From Patescibacteria group bacterium (lineage in GTDB: Bacteria > Patescibacteriota > Patescibacteriia > UBA9570 > JAHJKD01): a DNA stretch of 64,000 bases. The first letter of the stretch is position 1. Every line of letters begins with the position of its first letter. The translations under genes were made by a program, and so were the position numbers. Positions 17,001 to 24,135 of this stretch are shown piece after piece. The stretch covers positions 3,549 through 67,548 of the forward strand of contig JAZDOC010000014.1 in NCBI GenBank assembly GCA_043798935.1, in the 5' to 3' direction. The notes below the pieces were generated by a model, which saw only the letters and a program-made list of their open reading frames with translations, ran no database searches and had not been told where the DNA came from.

Positions 17001-19230
17001 CGGTCAAGACTGAATCATATCCACCATAAATCGTTAAATCACCAGAATATGTAACATCCCAATCGTTAATATCAGCTTCGCTAGTATCATCACTGTTTGC
17101 AAAATAAACTTTGCCCATAGTGCTACCAAAACTTTGCCCGATAATGTTAACATCATCAACACCCGTATCTGAACAATCCGGATCAAGTGTACATATACCT
17201 GGGCCGGCTTGACCATCAGTTATGGTAAATCCACGCTGATTTGAATATTTAGAAGATACTGTTTGTATCTGAATTAACGGAAAATCAGCCACATCAAAAT
17301 CACTCGGAACTTTAACGATTATTTCATCATTATCCCAACCATCAGCACACGGTGTTTCAGCTGTAATGCGATTAAACACACCGGCATCATCATAATATCC
17401 AAAATAAACCACACCTTTAGTGCTTCCGGTAATAGCAGGATTATAATCACCAAAATTTTCACCTTTAAGAGTTACAAATTGTTCAGCCGGACCCTGGCTT
17501 GGTGATAAACTTCGAATATATGGCGAAACGATCTGCACTCTATCATCTGAAGAATCTTGGCCATTTTCATTTTCAATACTCACCCGTCCACTACGCGAAC
17601 CAACCGGTACTCTAAGCGTTACCTGCTGAGCGCCACTGTTTCCTACAAAACAACTAGTCAACGGGGTATATTGTTGATCAAAACAATTCATTCCAGCAGC
17701 CGAAAGATTATAATAAAAATCTGCATCATAAAAAGGATATAAATAATCACCGTTTATTTCTACTAAATCACTATCTTCACTTCCAGCCTGACCATAAGGA
17801 TCATTGTCTTCGCTATAATAAGCCGGATAATTATAAGAAATACTGCGAATGGTAGGGGTACAATTTTCTACATTTCCGGTAGTAAATTTCCATTGATAAT
17901 CCCAATCAGCGCCACCGGCGCTACTACTTTCAATAAAATCATCAGTCGGAGAGCCTTCCATTTCATCGTCGAAGTCACCACTTAACGGATTACCGCAAGT
18001 ATCACGAACCGCTCCTAGATAATTTGTTCGCACTGACGTAGCGGTCGCATCATATGCGCCCGAATATAAGCTTAATCCGTAAACCGAATAAGCGGCCAAA
18101 GCACTTACTGGAGTAGTAATAAAAGTATCATCAGCGCTTCCGCCAATACTAGTGTATCTAACTCTATTAATGTCTAAATTTTCCCCATCGCCTAGAGCAT
18201 TAGGATCGACACTATCTGTATAAGCATACAGCCGTAAATTATTATGATTAACAGTAGTTGGATCCAAGCTTTCGGAAAAACTTACCTGAATCGGTGTTCG
18301 GCGACAAACTTCTGTTTCTTCATCAGCCGGATACGGCGCCGGGGCTACAATGTTTACTTTGGGAGGAATATTATCGGTAATAGTACCGGTCGCAAACCTG
18401 AATATTCTTTTTGAATCACTGGCACTTAGAGAATATTCATCTATTGTAGTTTCATCCAAACCATAAATGGCTGTGGTTAATTCCACTCTGTAAACAGAGC
18501 TGGGCAAATAATCTTCCTGCGGATACCAGACTGCTACATAAGATTCGTCCTCACTGGAAAACCCAAATGTTCCGGCTACTTGGTCACCGACACAGCCACT
18601 ACTTTCGCAATTAGCTGATAAACAATCCGTGTCGGATGAACAATTTTCACCATCGCCTTTTTTTAAACCGCTATTTAAAGTAACTTTGTATGAATCGTTA
18701 GTAATGGTTTCCTGCTTAACTGGTAAATTAAACGTTACGGCAATTAAATGACACAAAGAAACATCAGTATCACCATTAGCAGGATTTGAATGATCAATGT
18801 AAAAATAATCTATTGAACCGCGGGTTGAATAGCCCCCTCCCGGACCAGTACCTTGATCCGGATTAGTCATGTCGACTAGTTTATTTACTAAATACGTTGC
18901 TATACCCCAAGAAGCCAAAATTATTAATAAACCAATAACACCATTAATAATAATCTTTTTAGCTTTTTCAACTTTTTCCTCATTTCCACCAGACAACAAC
19001 CAGGTCGCGCCACCCCAGATAATAATAACCACGGCAATTAATGCCAAAATACCTAAACCCCAATTAATAATGTTAACAGCTAAATCCAGAGGTGAAGTAT
19101 CGCCAAGCAATAATCCAAAATCAGTTCTAACCGTATCAGCCAAAGCTGGTAATGTAATTAAACTAAAAACCAGCATTAACAAAAGGTAATGCTTATACGA
19201 AGCCTTTATGGCTGTTTTTTTATTTTTCAT
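11053..19230 (-). CDS. giant (2725 aa) Cys-rich extracellular protein with multiple IPT/TIG-like Ig-fold repeats and an N-terminal signal peptide plus two-helix membrane hairpin
   Basis: A single uninterrupted 8178-nt ORF. N-terminus MKNKKTAIKASYKHYLLLMLVFSLITLPALA followed by two hydrophobic helices. Repeated IPT-like blocks include SPYIRSLSPSQGPAEQFVTLKGENFG, PVINAVSPEPVGRGGCVALSGCYFG and QPYISSISPNYGNVGQPITVRGCHFG. Many CxxDxDC-type Cys modules, for example CTSDADCQI near residue 1000 and again at the C-terminus. It overlaps the upstream yqeY stop by ATGA. Confidence 0.8.
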   Translation of the reverse strand: MKNKKTAIKASYKHYLLLMLVFSLITLPALADTVRTDFGLLLGDTSPLDLAVNIINWGLGILALIAVVIIIWGGATWLLSGGNEEKVEKAKKIIINGVIGLLIILASWGIATYLVNKLVDMTNPDQGTGPGGGYSTRGSIDYFYIDHSNPANGDTDVSLCHLIAVTFNLPVKQETITNDSYKVTLNSGLKKGDGENCSSDTDCLSANCESSGCVGDQVAGTFGFSSEDESYVAVWYPQEDYLPSSVYRVELTTAIYGLDETTIDEYSLSASDSKRIFRFATGTITDNIPPKVNIVAPAPYPADEETEVCRRTPIQVSFSESLDPTTVNHNNLRLYAYTDSVDPNALGDGENLDINRVRYTSIGGSADDTFITTPVSALAAYSVYGLSLYSGAYDATATSVRTNYLGAVRDTCGNPLSGDFDDEMEGSPTDDFIESSSAGGADWDYQWKFTTGNVENCTPTIRSISYNYPAYYSEDNDPYGQAGSEDSDLVEINGDYLYPFYDADFYYNLSAAGMNCFDQQYTPLTSCFVGNSGAQQVTLRVPVGSRSGRVSIENENGQDSSDDRVQIVSPYIRSLSPSQGPAEQFVTLKGENFGDYNPAITGSTKGVVYFGYYDDAGVFNRITAETPCADGWDNDEIIVKVPSDFDVADFPLIQIQTVSSKYSNQRGFTITDGQAGPGICTLDPDCSDTGVDDVNIIGQSFGSTMGKVYFANSDDTSEADINDWDVTYSGDLTIYGGYDSVLTDSTPVSAQDDYEITAASKDDAGDNVYSNSLDFNIPCQQAPRLFGAYDCNIDNDLIYLPNPHPYEDQACVNSTVVVAFDSDMNDSSVADGVDIYNCGSGDASGNYLAESCGSEITGSWSSEMLSQAYLGGSPDFASGYESFSFTPSSDLIPNTWYLVSVTQNVTNTYGITLAEAGLWHFKIRNDATVCSVDSVRLRPVEQTQTRYNPAQPYPINYTVTNDDTSRDYYSYKASAYNSDCFALSNETNWHWIIDNYDADNIVKFSDGNTTMDTTSGYNKVYMQGDGSENFGTAYVSAGVSADPYPEAVEAEGEITYADSWVHDTSLFEVDFGYCTSDADCQITGCETSTCDLTSSHCTPVINAVSPEPVGRGGCVALSGCYFGPSRLGSGTCTCTETDGSRTCLVSEGHTTCLLSSTVGCSLEADCDSSNSTYSFSGHGSVSFSDSEGVYLNENLCQDTWSNNEIIVEVPTALSAGNYDINLVSYYGLPVTHENISVQNDPTPCLCLAEPDNGQEGDAINIYGTHFDVLNTATDSSGNDQRWAEFYNGRTSTGIWTDLSATDSDTYGSDAWKLETHVAPNALTSATNGLRLSDINGLVSNYTNFSINCRYNSDCQSGCCEDHLCQMAEQCNDCENKTDCSYDSCQSDCIAGMCQPYISSISPNYGNVGQPITVRGCHFGSFYQNGGVSSPYYSRVTLNDVEAEFACSEDETWNNEEIKIIAPDNIFTSSMDSAEVNVSQVYFDSNDSSYKEQQSVVGQAYCKNSSDSCSNESTCTGACQSVWYSTVFNLSNECDGVDVPVLCNLDGSNGTYGDEVDLSGYNFYGSTDVGAENTESFCTCDGDYDDSCNIDVDSSSCDINHTYTCYADPENVSEICSSTLSTNQGYNYYFTSGCSEAIYTSQSNCEDNSGTWTDINKCRCINPDEETQYCWIENGATSCSWSQSETCYVDGYDSADTDPAVCNEDSRNYTALYGNITFTNNHNGEYNYISSAALLSYVPELAETGNVYVKAVKEDGTVCGSNGANYDITCDTCSDCSDDLMCDLSTGEGEYGLCTSSTAGFCANYPDSCCGNTGCRESVVATCELDAECVPSDGASVCPCYPDNSLDSCDVVDGATSCEIVDGGVCYDRPLLDEASCVPTNNEIGICTNAQLSIVFNSNITTSDAYNSDDSDFEVNYEDYIKLIKYADYDGSFNDAESLLSSVSLSQDQTLVLQQNTILDPLAEYAVLIYSYNNTGIIDSDNYVSLGCSDAQVAAGICSNDGSIWIMRFTTNDEAGGCPPSYIDVEASNQEFINSAYTFISKEEEQNFLANVYSDGEDEIRRSSDDQAIISIDGVLGWDYHWDPLFDSLEDLEADACPTVGIIKGIDLGTCTCNLGETECTADEETCTMNENDTYCLGDTYNEACYYDITTCSESAGCGCELKGETCTVDDGEDNCETATYGTCYYSNACDSGTCDCTLEEEACTINSGETECALDDRNIDLNETNATCVSQDAADSDYECEVDFGSDSVACDTDSGITCTLDSACDQNNENYNEGEFLEDQAIQTATAGYTAGTGWITATIEGDLANPDHNWSGEITDSQFVRVVYCDSRDFLSAYDDNSYISSAHSGWSGYNFSFAYCRGSSADNLLPDYGDTDYIVAENGTGNDEYLRYDLFKNSDNEDLFAIQVFANSLDDNSATIYDAVHPGLWGELRLENFSNYSDTTLDGYKSAEGTYNTLVSVANLSGSTLYPNIYLLSVNKEADATTLEALRRIKDSLVFNINSEFAPVGDGACQAIKEQLVRDTQRITDIGSLNYLLARHYYLDLDQDTNNNYPSVAEGSYIRHYTNSTWPSWNSVLSNALGQSIATDPYNSFWNEAEECYDESGTCWDPIENDFYCPTGSNDDEESYTYQYIGNSDGSNYDIYANLELNGTDYPWSWSNYSGNPCSSVSQYSSQGCTCFNYQMQSSAMTNFYYGTCDTVSSNTCSDSGFNTGTGCTSDADCQIVQ

Positions 19231-19667
19231 GATGATATTTGATTTTTAAGTATTTTTTGTACTAATTGACCATCGGCTTTTCCTTTTAATACTCCCATCA
19301 CCTTTCCCATGAGCGGTCCAAACGCTAAGCCCTGATTCTGTTTAATAATCTCTCTTATTTTAATTTCTATTTCTTGTTCCGACATTTGTGCCGGCAAATA
19401 TTTTTGAATGATATCTATTTCTCTTTGCTCTTTCTCGGCTAATTCTTTTCGCCCACCGGCCGTGTAGGCGGTGATGGAGTCTTTTCTCTTCTTAACTTCT
19501 TTGGCCAAAATTTTATGGCAATCTTGGTCTGATATATCAGCCTTCTTTTGATCAATGGCTTCATTTTTAAGTGCCGAATATACCATGCGCAGGGTATCCA
19601 AAACCAAGGCATCTTTTTCTTTCATTGCTTTGATCATGTCTTGTTTTATTTGCGAGAAAAGACTCAT
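19227..19667 (-). CDS. yqeY: GatB/YqeY domain protein
   Basis: 146 aa matching the YqeY/GatB C-terminal-domain family. It is immediately downstream of rpsU, as in Firmicutes. Confidence 0.8.
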   Translation of the reverse strand: MSLFSQIKQDMIKAMKEKDALVLDTLRMVYSALKNEAIDQKKADISDQDCHKILAKEVKKRKDSITAYTAGGRKELAEKEQREIDIIQKYLPAQMSEQEIEIKIREIIKQNQGLAFGPLMGKVMGVLKGKADGQLVQKILKNQISS

Positions 19668-19679
19668 CGAGTTAAAAAA

Positions 19680-19937
19680 TTACTTTTTTACCTTAATTTT
19701 TACGCCTTTTCCATAAGCCCGGTCGTCTAATTTACCAATTTTTCTTAAAAAATCTTTTTCATTTTTGACCTTGGTTTTTCTAATGGCTTGTTCGCGTACT
19801 TTTCTTTTATTAGGCTTTGGTTGTTGGAATTGTTTCTTTTTTACTTGCAATAATTTACCACTAGACTGAATTTTTCGAACAAACCGTCGCACTAATCCTT
19901 CGTTAGATTCTCCATTTTTCTTTTTTACTTGAACCAC
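19680..19937 (-). CDS. rpsU: 30S ribosomal protein S21
   Basis: MVQVKKKNGESNEGLVRRFVRKIQSSGKLLQVKKKQF... is a basic 85-aa protein with S21 signature spacing. Confidence 0.85.
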   Translation of the reverse strand: MVQVKKKNGESNEGLVRRFVRKIQSSGKLLQVKKKQFQQPKPNKRKVREQAIRKTKVKNEKDFLRKIGKLDDRAYGKGVKIKVKK

Positions 19938-20042
19938 GTGATACTTTCACCTCCTCTTGTTATAGATGATTAATTATTAAATAATACTAAACAAAAAAGT
20001 CAGTTAAAATATAACACTAACATCATAATATGTCAAACACTG

Positions 20043-20384
20043 CTAAGCGAGGTCTTTTAATTTACCGCCACCCATTAAATGCCAATGGATATGTGCGACT
20101 TCCTGACCACTATCCGGACCAGTATTTACTGTTATCCGATAACCACTATCTAAAATATTTTGTTCTTTAGCTATTTGTTTTGCGCTTAAAAACACTTCAG
20201 TGATTATTTGAGTATCTTTTTCTGTTATTTCGTTAACACTGCAAATATGTTTTTTAGAAATAATTAAAATGTGAACCCGGGCTTTAGGATTAATATCATG
20301 AAACGCCATGATATGTTCATTTTCAAAAATAATGTTAGCTGGAATTTCGTGGGCAACAATTTTACAAAAGATGCAATCGGTCAT
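20043..20384 (-). CDS. HIT-family (histidine triad) nucleotide hydrolase
   Basis: C-terminal HIHWHLMGG histidine triad and N-terminal CIFCKI. Confidence 0.85.
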   Translation of the reverse strand: MTDCIFCKIVAHEIPANIIFENEHIMAFHDINPKARVHILIISKKHICSVNEITEKDTQIITEVFLSAKQIAKEQNILDSGYRITVNTGPDSGQEVAHIHWHLMGGGKLKDLA

Positions 20385-20386
20385 TT

Positions 20387-21745
20387 TTATTTTCCTTGTT
20401 CTAGTTTTAATTTTTCTAAACGTCTGGTAAGCTCTTTCTGAATTTTATTGACATCGATTATTTCTTGAGAGTTGCTAGCCATATCTCTTAAGATAATGGT
20501 TTTATCTGTCATTTCCTTTTGGCCTAGAATTAACGTGAACTTTACATTGAATTTAGCCGCTACTGAAAGTTGGCTAGATAATGAACTCTTAGATAAATTA
20601 GCTTTTAAATTGAACCCGGCTTTGCGTAAATCTTCAAGAAGTTTTAAAGATTTTTTTCGAGCGCTTTCACCTATTTGAGCTAAAAAAATATCTGTTTCAT
20701 CTTGATCCGAAACTTCAACTCCATTATTTTTCATGGCCATGATAATACGTTCCATGCCCCCAGCCAAACCTGTACCGGCTATTCCTTCCCGGCCTCCAAG
20801 TATTTGGATTAGTCCATCATAACGACCACCGCCACTAATAGCTGATTGAGTTTCGTCTTTTTCTTGACCATTATAAATTGGTAAAAATTCAAAAGCAGTG
20901 CGAATATAATAATCTAAACCCCGAACTATTCTAGGATTTAAAGTATAAGGTATCTCGGCTTCATCAAGATGTTCTAAAACTTTTACAAAATGTGTTCGGC
21001 AATCATCACATAAGTTATCCACCATCTGTGGAGCTTCTTCGGCCATTTCCTTACAAACCTTTTCTTTACAATCTAATAAGCGCAATGGATTTTTACCATA
21101 GCGTTTTTTACAATTTTCGCATAAATTTTTACGACGAGTTCGATAATAATCTTGCAAAGCTTGAATAAAAACCGGTCGACAGTCTTTACAACCAACACTA
21201 TTTATTTGAATTGAAGAATCCAAACCAAAATCTTTAAATAAATTATATTGCAAGGAAATAATCTCAGCGTCAATTACTGGAGCTCCATCCCCTATTACTT
21301 CAAAACTGTACTGGTGAAATTGTCGGTATCTGCCGGCTTGCGGTTTGTCGTGGCGAAAAACCGGACCAACTGAATAAAGTTTCACGGGCTGTGGACGATT
21401 AATCATGCCGTGTTCATTATAAGCTCGAACAATTGAAGCAGTGATTTCTGGACGAGCACAAATATTATCTCCACCCTGGTCAGTAAAGACAAACATTTCC
21501 TTTTCGACAACATCGGTATTTTTCCCAATTGAACGAATAAATAATGAGCTAGCTTCTAAAATTGGAGTATCGATTCTTTCAAAACCATAAACTTCAGCAA
21601 TCTTTTTAATTTTTTCGTTAAGAAAATCCCAATATTTCTGTTCTTCAGGCATTATATCTTTCATGCCCTTTAACAATTTGAGAGGGGTTATTTTTTTAGC
21701 AATTTTTTTCTTGGCCGTTGTTTCGGAAGATTTTTTTCTTGACAT
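20387..21745 (-). CDS. hisS: histidine--tRNA ligase
   Basis: Class II aaRS motifs: RPEITASIVRAY, GGGRYDGL and a C-terminal anticodon-binding domain. Confidence 0.92.
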   Translation of the reverse strand: MSRKKSSETTAKKKIAKKITPLKLLKGMKDIMPEEQKYWDFLNEKIKKIAEVYGFERIDTPILEASSLFIRSIGKNTDVVEKEMFVFTDQGGDNICARPEITASIVRAYNEHGMINRPQPVKLYSVGPVFRHDKPQAGRYRQFHQYSFEVIGDGAPVIDAEIISLQYNLFKDFGLDSSIQINSVGCKDCRPVFIQALQDYYRTRRKNLCENCKKRYGKNPLRLLDCKEKVCKEMAEEAPQMVDNLCDDCRTHFVKVLEHLDEAEIPYTLNPRIVRGLDYYIRTAFEFLPIYNGQEKDETQSAISGGGRYDGLIQILGGREGIAGTGLAGGMERIIMAMKNNGVEVSDQDETDIFLAQIGESARKKSLKLLEDLRKAGFNLKANLSKSSLSSQLSVAAKFNVKFTLILGQKEMTDKTIILRDMASNSQEIIDVNKIQKELTRRLEKLKLEQGK

Positions 21746-21837
21746 AATATAAATATTATTAATGATGCAAAACTATAAAAATTAAAATTACCTATATATA
21801 GGAAATTAATGTAAGTAATTGGTAGAGTAAAATATTT

Positions 21838-22248
21838 TTAAATAAATTTCTTTACTGTAGCAATTACCGAACTGATTGGATGATTAGCTTTAACTAAATA
21901 ATCACTAGCACCTAATTCTTTACCTTTAGCAACATCACCATCTTGGCCCAAATTTGATAACACAATAATCGGAATACTTTTTAACTCTGGGTCATTTTTT
22001 ACTCTTTTTAGAAAAACAAAGCCATCTAAACGAGGTAAAATTATGTCTAATAAAACCAAATCCGGATGTTCATCAGTTATTTTTTGTAAAGCTTCTTCAC
22101 CTTGAATAGCTACTAATACATCGAATCCTTCTTCAATTAAATTTTCTCTTAAGATATTTACCAAGGAGCCTTCGTCCTCCACTAGTAATACTCTTTTTTT
22201 ATTTTTAGGCATATTGTGTATTTTAAATATTTTAGCTGATTTAATCAT
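21838..22248 (-). CDS. single-domain response regulator (CheY-like receiver)
   Basis: VLLVEDEGSLVNIL...DLVLLDIILPRLDGFVFLKRVK receiver motifs with no output domain. Confidence 0.8.
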   Translation of the reverse strand: MIKSAKIFKIHNMPKNKKRVLLVEDEGSLVNILRENLIEEGFDVLVAIQGEEALQKITDEHPDLVLLDIILPRLDGFVFLKRVKNDPELKSIPIIVLSNLGQDGDVAKGKELGASDYLVKANHPISSVIATVKKFI

Positions 22249-22320
22249 AGCAAATTGACTATAAAATGTCTAATTTTCATTCATTTGTCAAGAGTTGTAA
22301 TTTATATTATAATTAGCCCC

Positions 22321-24126
22321 ATGGAAAACGAAAATTTAGAAATTCAAAATCAGGAAGAAAAACCTGAAGAAAAAACAACAACTACTATAAAAAAAGCTTC
22401 TAGTCGCACACCTAAAAAAGCTACTCGTCGTAAAAAAACCGTGAAATCAACTGACGAAAGCGAACAAAAAAACATACCAGCCAAGGCCAAAACTAGCCAA
22501 AAAACAATGGCAAATGATGATATTGAACCAGACGAATCAGACAGCGAGGTTGCAAAGGATGAAATTGAAGAAAATGGAACAACTATCGAAGAAGAGCCAA
22601 TTATTGTTTCTAAGAAAAAAAGCAAACCAAAAACATTACCACTTGCAGAACCAAAACTCATTGTTGAAACTACGGAAATAATTCAAAAACCAAAAAAATC
22701 CAGAAAAAAAATTATTTTTTTAATTATTTTTTTACTTTTACTGCTTGGCGGTGTTTTAATTTATAACTTTTTTTCCGGAGCTTTAAATAATTTAATCGAT
22801 AGCCAAGGCGATACCTCTTTGTATGAACAGCTACAATTATTAATTACCGACAATAATAAACCTCTCGACGGTGAAGCAGAGGATCAAGTCAATATCTTAC
22901 TTTTAGGCATGGGCGGAGCACAACATGATGGCGGTTTGCTAACTGATACTATCATGATTGCTTCCATCAAACCTTCTACTAACCAAGTGGCTTTTATTTC
23001 TTTGCCACGCGATTTAGCTGTGATTATTAAAAATGCAAAAACCGGCGCACTGGAAGGTCGTAAAATTAATTATGCATACGAACTTGGGGGAATGGATTTA
23101 GTAAAAGAAAAAATAAATGATGTTACTGGATTATACATAAATTATTATCTATTATTAGACTTTGCCGGTTTTATTAAAATGATTAACGATATTGGTGGTG
23201 TAACAGTCGATGTCCCAAACCGTTTCAATGGCTATTATCATATTGCTGATTGTGGTGGAACTTGCGATGGCGCTGACGGTGGGCCTGTATTATATTCTAC
23301 CGGCGATGGCCCTTATTGTATTTACCGCTTTTACAAAGGTGGGGCTGAAATGACCGGTGAACAAGCATTAATGTTTGCACGCATTCGTAAAATCGCCTAC
23401 TCTGCTCCGGACAGCGAGTATTATGAAGGATCAGACTTTGCTCGCGCCCGCCGCCAACAAAAAATTATTGAAGCTTTTCAGAAAAAAATGTTCGCCACCT
23501 CAACTTTAGCTAATCCGGTTAAAATCACTAAAATTATAAGCGATCTGGGCAATCATTTAAAAACTAACCTGGAACTTTGGGAAATGGCCAAACTTGGTTT
23601 AATGGCTGAAAATTTTAACCGTGACAATATTATAAATTTAGTAATCGATGAAAATAGTGGATTATTAACCGGTGGCTATAATTACACGCTTACTCCGGTT
23701 ATCGGTGATTATAAATTTAGTGAAATCCAAAAAGTAGTAAGCAATGTTTTTGCCCAAGCCATAGATGATAAAGCCGAAGAAACTACGAAACAAAAAACTG
23801 CGATGGAAAAAGCCAATATTATGGTTTTAAACGGTACTAAAATTGAAGGGCTTGCCGGACGAACTTCACAAACACTTCAAGATGCCGGATACACAATAAA
23901 CAGTGTAGCTAACGCACCGACAGCCATATCCAAAACCACGGCCATATATGACCTAACTCAAAGTAACCCACAAACAAACTTAAAACTAGCGGAAAAATAT
24001 CATGTCACTATTTCCGAACCCCAAGATTTAGAAACCGATTATCCTGATAATGAAATAGATACAAGTGACATTGATTTTATTATAGTGCTTGGTCAAGACC
24101 AAGACGATACAAGCTCAAATAACTAA
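22321..24126 (+). CDS. LytR/CpsA/Psr (LCP) family cell-envelope phosphotransferase with acidic/basic N-terminal low-complexity region
   Basis: LLGMGGAQHDGGLLTDTIMIASIKP...FISLPRDL is the LCP core. The ORF-track start 22255 is extended; the likely start is the ATG at 22321 (MENENLE...). Confidence 0.8.
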   Translation: MENENLEIQNQEEKPEEKTTTTIKKASSRTPKKATRRKKTVKSTDESEQKNIPAKAKTSQKTMANDDIEPDESDSEVAKDEIEENGTTIEEEPIIVSKKKSKPKTLPLAEPKLIVETTEIIQKPKKSRKKIIFLIIFLLLLLGGVLIYNFFSGALNNLIDSQGDTSLYEQLQLLITDNNKPLDGEAEDQVNILLLGMGGAQHDGGLLTDTIMIASIKPSTNQVAFISLPRDLAVIIKNAKTGALEGRKINYAYELGGMDLVKEKINDVTGLYINYYLLLDFAGFIKMINDIGGVTVDVPNRFNGYYHIADCGGTCDGADGGPVLYSTGDGPYCIYRFYKGGAEMTGEQALMFARIRKIAYSAPDSEYYEGSDFARARRQQKIIEAFQKKMFATSTLANPVKITKIISDLGNHLKTNLELWEMAKLGLMAENFNRDNIINLVIDENSGLLTGGYNYTLTPVIGDYKFSEIQKVVSNVFAQAIDDKAEETTKQKTAMEKANIMVLNGTKIEGLAGRTSQTLQDAGYTINSVANAPTAISKTTAIYDLTQSNPQTNLKLAEKYHVTISEPQDLETDYPDNEIDTSDIDFIIVLGQDQDDTSSNN

Positions 24127-24135
24127 ACTCTTTTT

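Noticed and set aside
11352-17742. Short ORFs on both strands inside the giant gene (11352-11654, 11994-12224, 14046-14243, 14250-14597, 14603-14791, 14962-15222, 16578-16796, 17034-17216, 17557-17742)
   Set aside because: All are nested within the single long 8178-nt frame. The long ORF is far more parsimonious and the nested ORFs have no features.
21746-21837. T-box riboswitch upstream of hisS
   Set aside because: The spacer is only 92 nt and lacks the T-box consensus (AATTAGGGTGGNACCGCG), making it too short for a T-box leader.
22255-22320. Extended N-terminus (MTIKCLIFIHLSRVVIYIIISP) of the LCP gene as called in the ORF track
   Set aside because: This segment is hydrophobic junk-like sequence upstream of a clean MENENLE start, and it would overlap the divergent promoter. 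The start at 22321 is preferred.
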